DNA from: Alphaproteobacteria bacterium | GTDB taxonomy: Bacteria > Pseudomonadota > Alphaproteobacteria > UBA2136 > UBA6156 | NCBI GenBank assembly: GCA_049297695.1 | Contig: JBAQUT010000004.1 | Coordinates: 1,170 to 65,169, forward strand | Length of the DNA: 64,000 nucleotides | Direction of reading: 5' to 3' | In this document: positions 38,226 through 46,993 of the stretch, piece after piece | Position numbering within the stretch: the first letter of the stretch is position 1 | How the letters are laid out: the number at the start of each line of letters is the position of its first letter | Notes under the pieces: generated by a model | Database searches by the model: none | Told to the model about the DNA's origin: nothing | The model's input: the letters and a program-made list of their open reading frames with translations, nothing else | Position numbers and translations under genes: made by a program

Positions 38226-39271
38226 TACACCACCGCTTTATGCCATGCCTGAAGAAGGTACGGCAAAATCACGCTCACCACCACGGCCACGGGAATGGCC
38301 ACCACCATCCCCATAATCCCCCCAACCTCGCCCCCCACCAGAAGCGCAAAAATAACCCATACGGGGTGAAGCCCCACCTTGTTGCCTACCAGCGTAGGCG
38401 TTAAAATGGAGCCTTCCAACACATGCCCCACCACATAAATACACCCCACCACGGCAAAGGGCTGCCAGTCGGTAAACTGGTACTGCACAAAGGCCATGGC
38501 CATCATGCCCGTTACCGCAATCATGGCCCCTACCACGGGAATAAACGCCAAAAAACCGGCAACCAAACCCAACACCCACCCAAGCTCCAGCCCAATCATT
38601 TCGAGGGCCGTAGCATAAAATACCGCCAAAATGCTGCACACCATAAGCTGGCCCCGCAAGTAGGCGGAAAGGCGGGTATCAATGCTGGCCATAATCTCTA
38701 CCACTGTGGGGCGCCAGCGGCGGGGCAAGGCCCGTAACATGCGGGTTTCCATATCGGGCCAATCGTGCAGCAGGTAAAAAGCCACCAAGGGGGTCATCAC
38801 TACCAACATGGCCATGTTGAACGCCGCCAAAGCACCACTGTACAGCCTCGTCATGTTGGTGGCCAACCACCCCGCACCGTCGGTGCTGATAATACCTAAA
38901 AGCTTCAGCACGGCCTCTTGGTTCATAGTTTTCATATGCAAAGCACGCGCAACCTTGGGTGGCACGACCGATTGCTGAAGTTGGTTGATGTACATAGGCA
39001 CTTTTTGGATGAACAGGGTTACCTGCTCCACCAGCAACGGGAGTACAAAAGCCAGCCCAACGCCAATAACAACAATGGCCAGCGCTACAGGCAAAGCACT
39101 TGCCAAACTACGTGGTAGACCAAGGCTAATCATACGCTCGACCAAAGGCGATAAAATATAAGCCAACACCAACCCTGCAACAAATGGCGTGAGCACGGAT
39201 TGGCTTACGATGATTAATGTTAGGGTTAAAAGAGCAGCCAGTATTGTTAAAATCCAAGCCGATATGCTCAT
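38225..39271 (-). CDS. AI-2E family transporter (PerM/YhhT-like)
   Basis: Polytopic membrane protein. Start MSISAW with CAGGAGG RBS. ATGA overlap with the upstream membrane fusion protein gene. Confidence 0.7.
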   Translation of the reverse strand: MSISAWILTILAALLTLTLIIVSQSVLTPFVAGLVLAYILSPLVERMISLGLPRSLASALPVALAIVVIGVGLAFVLPLLVEQVTLFIQKVPMYINQLQQSVVPPKVARALHMKTMNQEAVLKLLGIISTDGAGWLATNMTRLYSGALAAFNMAMLVVMTPLVAFYLLHDWPDMETRMLRALPRRWRPTVVEIMASIDTRLSAYLRGQLMVCSILAVFYATALEMIGLELGWVLGLVAGFLAFIPVVGAMIAVTGMMAMAFVQYQFTDWQPFAVVGCIYVVGHVLEGSILTPTLVGNKVGLHPVWVIFALLVGGEVGGIMGMVVAIPVAVVVSVILPYLLQAWHKAVV

Positions 39272-40368
39272 GGGGCCTCCTGTGTATGGATGGTTGCCCC
39301 GTCTTTCAAGGCAGCTTGGCCAAGGGTAATCAGGTGGGTTGATGCCTCTAAACCATCCACCCAAACGCCGTCAGGCGTATCCGCCAACAAGGTCACGGGT
39401 ACAAAACGGGCCAACGTGGGGCTGGTGGTGGTTGCAGTCATAACGCCAAGGCTTCCCGTATCGTTCAGCACCATCCACGCATGGTTCAGGCGTGTGGCGG
39501 TTATGGTGCCCGCAGGTATCAACACGTCGGCACTCATACCTGTCGGTATGGGGTTCCGCCCACCATCCACCACGGCTTCCACACGGTAGGTGCGGGTGGC
39601 GGTGTCGGCATCGGTAGCCACGGCACGCAAGGTTGCGGGCACATCGGTACCGTTTATCAAGGTAACGCTAACAGGCACGTTCACATCCACCAGGTTGCGG
39701 TCGGTTTGGGCTACATATGCCACCACCAAAATGTTCTCACGGCTCACCAGCTTTACCATGGGTGTGCCTATGGCGACAAAATCACCTTCCGACACCTTCA
39801 CGTCCTCCACAACTCCTTCAAACGGAGCAATCAGTTTGGTGTAGGCAAGGTCTAGGTTGGCGGCAGCCAGTTTTTCTTGGGCAGCCTGATAATCCGCCTC
39901 CCTCTGGGCTAGCACTGTGCCGGCCATATATCCTTCTTTGGCCAAAGCGCGGGCGGCGTGGGCAAGCTTGCGGGTGCGGGTAAGCTCGGCTTGGGCGGCG
40001 CGCTGGCGGATAAGCCGGTCCGCAGGGTCAAGTTCGGCCAACACGTTGCCAGCTTTGACGGTTTGGCCGCGCACGACAGGCACACGCACCACGCGTCCAG
40101 CCGTTTGGGCGGATAACATGGCGTTTTGCTCAGACTCTGTAAAACCACTGGCTTTCACCGTGCGGCTGTAAGATTCAGGGGTTACGGTGTGGGTTTGTAC
40201 TTCGGGGATGGGCGTTGATATAACCTTTGCAACCTCGCCACGGCCCACCATGCCACTGCCCACCCACACTAAAAGGGCCACTGCGGCACCCACTGACCAT
40301 TTGGCCTCGATTGAAAGATTATCCCACCACCTCATGCCGCCACCTTGCCATAAGGCGGGAATGGGCAC
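39268..40368 (-). CDS. RND membrane fusion protein (HlyD family)
   Basis: N-terminal TM, coiled-coil, and the lipoyl/beta-barrel motifs of membrane fusion proteins. Confidence 0.8.
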   Translation of the reverse strand: MPIPALWQGGGMRWWDNLSIEAKWSVGAAVALLVWVGSGMVGRGEVAKVISTPIPEVQTHTVTPESYSRTVKASGFTESEQNAMLSAQTAGRVVRVPVVRGQTVKAGNVLAELDPADRLIRQRAAQAELTRTRKLAHAARALAKEGYMAGTVLAQREADYQAAQEKLAAANLDLAYTKLIAPFEGVVEDVKVSEGDFVAIGTPMVKLVSRENILVVAYVAQTDRNLVDVNVPVSVTLINGTDVPATLRAVATDADTATRTYRVEAVVDGGRNPIPTGMSADVLIPAGTITATRLNHAWMVLNDTGSLGVMTATTTSPTLARFVPVTLLADTPDGVWVDGLEASTHLITLGQAALKDGATIHTQEAP

Positions 40369-40380
40369 AATGTTTCTTCC

Positions 40381-41016
40381 ATGAGATGTAAGGTTGTTGC
40401 AGGTTGGGTGGCGGTGGTAGCCGTAGAGGCTGTTTTGTTAGGATTATGTGGCTGGCAAATAGCCCGTATGGTGGAAAAAAACCATCTGGCGGAACAGGAA
40501 TCTCAACGTACCCCCATGGTTTTGGAAGGTACATGGGAAGCATTTACTACAACGGCCTTGGATAACCAACCTAACCCCCTGAGTCCCGACAAGGTGGGGT
40601 GGCGTGTGTTAACCGCGTTTCACACTCCAAGCGGAACCGTGGTGGTAGATAGAGGGTGGGCGCCATTACCAGCCGACCGTACGGCTCCGCCTGATTTGAC
40701 GAAGTACACCCCTTCGGGAATAACCGTTACAGGTGTATGGGCTTCATTTCCTCAGCGTAAAGGCTGGTTGTCGGGGCCGGATACCACCACACATCCCCGT
40801 ATTCTGGCATGGCTGAATCCCACCCTGATTACTTCCTCTACGTTAGGCCCCATGTACCTTCAGGCAACCTACCCTGCCGACGCAGGTTTAATAGCCCAGC
40901 CGCCCGCACCGCCCGATGGTTCCCGTCATGCCAGCTATGCTTTGCAATGGTTGGTGATGGCGTTGGTATTTCCCATCCTGATGTGGATTCGGGTACGGAA
41001 AACCCCTAAAGTTTAG
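40381..41016 (+). CDS. SURF1-family protein
   Basis: GWQIxR motif (GLCGWQIARMVEK) with two terminal TM helices. Confidence 0.65.
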   Translation: MRCKVVAGWVAVVAVEAVLLGLCGWQIARMVEKNHLAEQESQRTPMVLEGTWEAFTTTALDNQPNPLSPDKVGWRVLTAFHTPSGTVVVDRGWAPLPADRTAPPDLTKYTPSGITVTGVWASFPQRKGWLSGPDTTTHPRILAWLNPTLITSSTLGPMYLQATYPADAGLIAQPPAPPDGSRHASYALQWLVMALVFPILMWIRVRKTPKV

Positions 41017-41695
41017 CCAACGTCGCCACAACAGCCGTGTCGGTTCGTAACACGGTAGAGCCGAGCGATATGGGAACAACATACAGTTGGGTTTCCAACC
41101 ATGCTTGTTCATCGGGGGAAAACCCGCCTTCTGGCCCCACCAACACGGCCGTAGCGGTGGGGATGGGGGTGGGTGTTGAAAGCCGTTCATCCGCCCATAA
41201 AATCTTCTCATTTGGGTTAGCCGTATGCCATGCTGCTAAGGCTTTCTGGAGAGGTTGCGGAGGGGTAAGGGTTGGCAAACACATCCGCTCGCATTGCTCG
41301 GCCGCTTCCACCATCAGGGCATGGGCGCGGGCGGTGTTGATGGTGCTGGCCACGGTGTAATCGGTATGAAGTGGCACAAGCGTTGTCACCCCCAGTTCCG
41401 TTGCTTGCCGCAGCACAGTTTCCCAAGCGTCTCGTTTGGGTTGCCCCAAAAACAACGTGCGGGGTGGCAAGGCCGAAAAAGGTTTGGTTTGGTCTGTTAC
41501 GGTGGCCCAGCGGGCTTTGCCATCTTCCAACATCGCCGTAAAAACACCATCTTTGCCATTCATCAAGTTCAGTTCAACGCCTTCGCGGTTCCGCAGCACG
41601 GTGCGCAAGCGGTGCTGAAGGTTTTCCGGCAAAGCCACGCGGTTACCCACCGCCAACGGCGCATCCACATAAAACTGTTTAAATCCTTGCGTCAT
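41006..41695 (-). CDS. rsmE: 16S rRNA m3U1498 methyltransferase RsmE
   Basis: DUF558/RsmE-like N-terminal PUA domain and C-terminal SPOUT fold pattern. 229 aa. Confidence 0.65.
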   Translation of the reverse strand: MTQGFKQFYVDAPLAVGNRVALPENLQHRLRTVLRNREGVELNLMNGKDGVFTAMLEDGKARWATVTDQTKPFSALPPRTLFLGQPKRDAWETVLRQATELGVTTLVPLHTDYTVASTINTARAHALMVEAAEQCERMCLPTLTPPQPLQKALAAWHTANPNEKILWADERLSTPTPIPTATAVLVGPEGGFSPDEQAWLETQLYVVPISLGSTVLRTDTAVVATLAKL

Positions 41696-42675
41696 ATGCC
41701 AACATTCACATGGGTGTCAGCGGTCATCCACACGGCCTTGGGGTCGGGAAGGCGTGGCCCGAGGGTTTGAATGACAGCCCCACCCAGCAAATGCCCCCGA
41801 CGCAAAGCCAATGAAGGCGAGGCCCCTTCGGCAAACGCGGCCAAAAATCCGGCAGCAAACGCATCTCCCGCGCCTGTGTTGTCCACAGGAACATCCACGT
41901 TGCGACTGAGTTCGGTAAAGGTGGTGCCATCGGCCGCAACATACATGGCACCTTGGCTGCTGTTGGTTACCACACGGGCGGTACGGGCAAGGGTGGCACG
42001 CAGGGGGATGGGTAAATGTGTCTCCAAAGCCTTAAATTCATGAGTATTTCCAACAATCAAAGTAACACCATGTTCCAGCACATGCCCCAAGGCATCCGCC
42101 GTAGCCGCACATACATGGGGGGCTGGTAACAGCAAGGCAACGGCCATGCTTTGCTCGCGGGCAATGTTCAGGCACGCTACCGTTGCCGCAGGCCAGTCAC
42201 GGGCTATGTACCCTTCTACCACCAGCCATGTGGCGGGGCGGATAACCGCTTCATCCACCCAGTCGTCATGTTGGTGGGGCACAGGGGGTATGGGTTGCAC
42301 CATCGTGCGGGTACCATCGGGGGTCACCAACACAAACAGTTCCGTGGTGCGGTAGGTATCGTGGGGGGTTACTGTGGTAAGGCCTGCGGCTAGCAAGTCT
42401 TTAAAAAAATGCCGGCCCGCGGGGTCGGTCCCTATCGGCCCAGCAAAGCACGTAGAATATCCAAGTTTTGCCAACGTATAGGCAACGTTGGCCCCTGCGC
42501 CTCCGCTTTGAAACTTTTGCACGTTAGCCTGGGCACTTATTTGGATCATGGATTCGGGAGTTACCATGTTGGCATCGCCCGCTTTAAGGTTGTGGGCGGT
42601 AACAAACGCCGCATCCATGGGCGCCAAGGCATCTACAACGGGGTTGCCAATCACGGCAAAACGGATGGTTGTCAT
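41692..42675 (-). CDS. PfkB-family carbohydrate/nucleoside kinase
   Basis: GG motif near the N-terminus and DNTGAGDAFAAGFL PfkB signature 2. Confidence 0.8.
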   Translation of the reverse strand: MTTIRFAVIGNPVVDALAPMDAAFVTAHNLKAGDANMVTPESMIQISAQANVQKFQSGGAGANVAYTLAKLGYSTCFAGPIGTDPAGRHFFKDLLAAGLTTVTPHDTYRTTELFVLVTPDGTRTMVQPIPPVPHQHDDWVDEAVIRPATWLVVEGYIARDWPAATVACLNIAREQSMAVALLLPAPHVCAATADALGHVLEHGVTLIVGNTHEFKALETHLPIPLRATLARTARVVTNSSQGAMYVAADGTTFTELSRNVDVPVDNTGAGDAFAAGFLAAFAEGASPSLALRRGHLLGGAVIQTLGPRLPDPKAVWMTADTHVNVGI

Positions 42676-43102
42676 GGTTTTCAGTGTGGCGCGAGGCTTA
42701 CTGAATGTCCAGCGTCAAAGATGTAGGTTGTATGACTTTTAGGTGATGCGAAAACAAAGCACCTTCAATGTTCCGCGATTATTTAATGTATAAAACGTTG
42801 TTTGAAATTTATACAGACATACATAACGAAAACGATAGAATCATGTCATATGTTTCACGGTTGTTTATTAAGATAAAGGAAGCTCCTTGGTCCAAGCGTA
42901 TATTGGCTGAGAAGTTTTTCCTTTTAGAATATGCTCACCCACAAGGCAGACGAAGAATGCCCCCTGAGGGGGGGTGTGGCGGAAATACAGGAATCTGACG
43001 GGGTGAGTGCCACAAAAAAGGTCATTACATAAGTAAGTACATACTCTCTTTCACGGACTTGCCACTGTTATAGAGGCTGGGAGTGCTCTATAAGAATGAA
43101 GC

Positions 43103-44287
43103 ATGACTCTCAAACAGCCTCTCCGTGTTCTTCAGTTGATACCTGCCTTACATGAAGGGGGTACCGAGCAGGGCGCTGTGGATATGGCTTTTTATACTCG
43201 CACACATGGTGGAGTGCCCTTCATGGCTTCGGCAGGAGGGCGTTGGGCTGAGCACGTGAAGGCCCAAGGCATTCATCATACAACCCTCTCGTTGAACAGT
43301 AAAATGCCATGGTCTGTCGTGTGGAACATTTGGCGGATTTGGTACCTTATCCGTAAAAATAACATACATATTGTACACGCCCGCAGCCGCTTGCCAGCAT
43401 GGTGTGGGTGGGTAGCTTGTAAGTTGACTGTTTTCAGGTGTGTTCGTTTTATAACAACCTTCCACGGAACCTATGGCCACGGGTCGTCCCTTAAAAAAGG
43501 GTACAACCGTGTTATGCTGAAAGGCCCCTATGTGATTGCTAACTCCAATTTTATTGCGCGCCATATTACCACCGAATATGGCTACCCGCCCGACCATATT
43601 GTGGTAGCGGAGAGAGGGGTGGACACCGCTGTGTTCAACCCAACCCTCTATTCATCCCGTCAGCAAAACGGTCTTCGTGCGGAGCTCAAAGTTCCCCCCC
43701 AAACGCCTCTCTTTGTTATGGTCGGGCGTTTAACCCGTTGGAAGGGGCACACGGTGCTGCTGGAAGCCTTGTCTCATTTAAAGGATATACCGTGGGTGTT
43801 GGCGCTTGCTGGAGACAGTAAAAATCAGGCGTATCTGGATGAACTAAAGGCGTTGACGGTAACTTACGGTATTGCCGACCGTGTGCGGTTTTTGGGGCCG
43901 CGTCAGGATGTTGCTTTGCTAAATGTTACAGCGGACATCGCCCTGAGTTGTTCGGTGGAGCCCGAAGCCTTTGGGCGTGTGGCTATTGAGGCGATGGCGA
44001 TGGGAACGCCCATTGTTGCCAGTGCCCACGGCGGCAGCCTGGATACGGTGGTGGATGGTACAACAGGTTGGCTTGTACCCCCGGGCGACGCGGATGCTTT
44101 GGCCCATACCATCTGTAGGGCTCTAAAAACTCCCAAAACACTGGAAAACATGGGCAAGAAAGCCCGAACCCATGTTCTGGCGCGCTTTACCAGCGCCCAT
44201 ACCTGCGCCGCCGAGTGGAGCGCTTATGAGAAGGTGATGGGTAGCCCTGCCACAGGTGGGTATGCCAAGCGTAAGCCGAAGACTTGA
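43103..44287 (+). CDS. Glycosyltransferase family 4
   Basis: EAFGRVAIEAMAMGTPIVAS...GGSLDTV, the GT4 C-terminal E-X7-E region. Confidence 0.85.
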   Translation: MTLKQPLRVLQLIPALHEGGTEQGAVDMAFYTRTHGGVPFMASAGGRWAEHVKAQGIHHTTLSLNSKMPWSVVWNIWRIWYLIRKNNIHIVHARSRLPAWCGWVACKLTVFRCVRFITTFHGTYGHGSSLKKGYNRVMLKGPYVIANSNFIARHITTEYGYPPDHIVVAERGVDTAVFNPTLYSSRQQNGLRAELKVPPQTPLFVMVGRLTRWKGHTVLLEALSHLKDIPWVLALAGDSKNQAYLDELKALTVTYGIADRVRFLGPRQDVALLNVTADIALSCSVEPEAFGRVAIEAMAMGTPIVASAHGGSLDTVVDGTTGWLVPPGDADALAHTICRALKTPKTLENMGKKARTHVLARFTSAHTCAAEWSAYEKVMGSPATGGYAKRKPKT

Positions 44288-44331
44288 CCCAAACCGAACT
44301 TGCCCACAACCATGGCGGGTAACAAGAAAGC

Positions 44332-44811
44332 TTGGGTATGAAACGTTGTTTGCTGGCTGTGGATATGCAAGGGTTTTTCCGCCCGTCACCGGGCATGGTG
44401 TCCCAAATCAACCAAATGGCCCAAACCATGCCGACGGCGGCCACCATGATGAAGCACGATGAATCGAAGGTGCCGCTGGCCAAATTTGGCAAGCCTGTGC
44501 CCATGGATACGGGGCTGGTGATTGGGTGCAGCAACGTATTTGATAAGTTCGGGTTTGCCGTACCGCCTGCTGCGTTGGAGTGGCTGAAAGCCCAAAACCC
44601 TGACGAGGTGTTGGTGGCGGGCGGGCATACCGATGGCAATGTGCTCTCGGCGGGGTTGGATGTGTTCAACGCCGGCATGAAACCCGTGATTGTACCCCTG
44701 CTGTGCTACGGAAACGATTGGTACATGCACACCGTGGCCGCCAAAATATGGGAACAAGAGCTGGGTAAGGTGTACCAAAGCGTGGCCGAACTGAAGTTTG
44801 GAGGTTTTTGA
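44332..44811 (+). CDS. Isochorismatase-family hydrolase-like protein
   Basis: LLAVDMQGFF and VLVAGGHTDGNV..PVIVPLLCYG patterns. Confidence 0.45.
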   Translation: MGMKRCLLAVDMQGFFRPSPGMVSQINQMAQTMPTAATMMKHDESKVPLAKFGKPVPMDTGLVIGCSNVFDKFGFAVPPAALEWLKAQNPDEVLVAGGHTDGNVLSAGLDVFNAGMKPVIVPLLCYGNDWYMHTVAAKIWEQELGKVYQSVAELKFGGF

Positions 44812-45149
44812 TGCGGATGCTGCTGGTGGTTGCAGGTTCCCTTCTCGCCACAGGCTGCAGCCCCGCGTTGCAGGAAAACTTTAACCATGCTTACCGGAAA
44901 GACATGGAGCAGCTTCAAACCCGGGAATGGGCAGCTGAATTTAAACAGTTTTTTGCGGTGGACGAAGTGTATCGCTCGTACGCGCTGAAAGAAAAAGAAG
45001 CCGAACGGGATGTATGCTTCCACTCCAACAGCCAGCGCCGCATTATCCGCCAAGAAGGCATCTCGGACCATATGGATTACACATGGTGCGTGATGGCTCC
45101 TCCGGCGGATAACCTCGGCAGCCGAATGGATGGCCGGCCGGATGTTTAA
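44808..45149 (+). CDS. Small lipoprotein
   Basis: Lipobox LLATGC. ATGA overlap with the upstream gene. Confidence 0.5.
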   Translation: MMRMLLVVAGSLLATGCSPALQENFNHAYRKDMEQLQTREWAAEFKQFFAVDEVYRSYALKEKEAERDVCFHSNSQRRIIRQEGISDHMDYTWCVMAPPADNLGSRMDGRPDV

Positions 45150-45949
45150 CGACTCTGGGCAATATCAAAGGTAATTTTTGAAATTCGCCGCCGCTCTTCT
45201 TTTTGTGATGCTTGTTTGTTGGTATCAAAGCACGGTGCATCAGGCACGAGTGTATGAGAGCGTGTAGGGTCTCCATTGGCTGCTTTTTTTGTAAACCGCT
45301 GGTTTACTATTGTGTCGCCTCTTAAATCGCGACGAAAGTTATCTGTTTGGTTATGGCCATTTTTGTAAATCATGATTTTGTCCTTTGGTAGGTTGAAAGT
45401 GTAAATAGAGAAAAAATGATAAATACGTTTAAAAGGCCCCTAGCGGGGCATCAACATGGCCATGGAAGCGTGTTGATGAATCATGAGTGGTTTTATAATG
45501 TATCCACATGAGGTGCGTCAACTAAAAAAACACCCAAAGGTGGTTTTCCTCCAATATAAGGAACATTAATCGGTGATGCTCTTACCGTCGTCCGTTAACC
45601 GCGCAGGAATAAGGGATACGGATACAGTGCCGCGGGCCAAGGGTTCCTCACGAGATTGAGGCTCATGCGGTGTCGTTGAAAGTGCCGTACCGAGTTGTCT
45701 CCAATAAGTTTGGCATTCTTGGAGGGAGGCCCTTCCACCCAAGCTACGAAGGTTGCGGTTCATAACTTCGTCGGAGGGTTTGTGCATGGTCGTTTCTTTC
45801 TTCAGTCATACGGAATTCCCTTCCGCTTGGGGTACGTGGATATAACAAAAATATGTGAAATGAAGCTGCCCTTAGGGCAGAATAAACAGGCTTACGCGAG
45901 TGTTTAAATGCATCATTTCAAGCAGTGTATAAAACCCCAAACAACCTTG

Positions 45950-46903
45950 TCAACCAGAAATCTTCCTCAACATATCCTTCACGGCCTTCACCCGTGCTTT
46001 TTGCCCTGCCGCGTTAGCGCGGTGGCCGCACAACTCCACCCAATACAGGCGGCTGATGGGGTGGGCGGCATGCAAGGCCAAGGCGCTTTCGGGCGGGCAC
46101 ACCATATCCAACGCGCCTTGCACGATGTGGAGCGGGATGTGGGCGATTTTGGAAATATTGTTCAAAAGTTGATTGGGGGCGAGGAAACACCCTTGGCTAT
46201 GGTAGTGGGCGCCCACTAGGTTCATGGCCATTGCGGCAGGAGTAGGTGTTACAGCTTCTTCAATCTCCATCAAATTGGGGACTGGTTCGCAACAGGCTAA
46301 GGCGTATCGCGACCATGCACTGCAAGCATTTTTGGCCTTAGTTTTATCTTTACCTTGAAGGGTTTTTAACAGTTTGGCCATAACATGTTTGCCGTCGGGC
46401 GCACCCACCGATTCGCACATTTGGCGGTACGCCACAGGGTGAAACCGTGCAACACCATTTGGCCCTTCAAACCATGCGTTCTCTCGGGATGTGCCCAAAT
46501 AGGCCCCGCACACCACTAAACCCAACACACGAGAAGGGTAAGCCTCGGCATAGGCTAAGCCCAAAGCGCATCCCCAACTATATCCCATAACAATCCATGA
46601 TTGGATTCCAAGGTGGTGACGAAGCTTTTCGATATCCGCTACTAAGTGGTGCGCGGTGTTATTCTGTAAACGTCCCAATGGTTTACTTTTTCCACATCCA
46701 CGTTGGTCAAAAGCGATGATATGGCAGCGTATGGGGTCGGCCGAACGGCGATGTTTGTCCGAGATACCTCCTCCCGGCCCCCCATGCAACATCAACACAG
46801 GAACCCCCTTCGGATTCCCGCTCTGCTCATAGTACATGGTGTGGCCGTCGGAGAGTTTCAGGTGGCCGGTTTTGAACGGCTGGATGTCGGGATAAAGGCT
46901 CAT
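45950..46903 (-). CDS. pip: Proline iminopeptidase (S33 alpha/beta hydrolase)
   Basis: HGGPGGG oxyanion motif and the GYSWG nucleophile elbow. Confidence 0.85.
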   Translation of the reverse strand: MSLYPDIQPFKTGHLKLSDGHTMYYEQSGNPKGVPVLMLHGGPGGGISDKHRRSADPIRCHIIAFDQRGCGKSKPLGRLQNNTAHHLVADIEKLRHHLGIQSWIVMGYSWGCALGLAYAEAYPSRVLGLVVCGAYLGTSRENAWFEGPNGVARFHPVAYRQMCESVGAPDGKHVMAKLLKTLQGKDKTKAKNACSAWSRYALACCEPVPNLMEIEEAVTPTPAAMAMNLVGAHYHSQGCFLAPNQLLNNISKIAHIPLHIVQGALDMVCPPESALALHAAHPISRLYWVELCGHRANAAGQKARVKAVKDMLRKISG

Positions 46904-46993
46904 AGGGGCACTTTGTACCAGAACATCTTGGCGGGCAAGCCGATTTGCGCTAGGTTGCAGCGGTTAACCCCATTCATAACAGGAGAGAGTGCC

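Noticed and set aside
45400-45950. tmRNA, RNase P or SRP RNA in the large AT-rich gap
   Set aside because: No conserved motifs of these RNAs were recognised by eye, for example a T-arm-like GGTTCGATTCC or the SRP GGAA tetraloop helix. The idea is kept only as a low-interest finding.
46703-46993. Upstream extension of thrS giving a 784-aa ORF
   Set aside because: ThrS homology begins at MVRITLPDSS (46994), which has a strong RBS. The extension overlaps the pip gene on the other strand.
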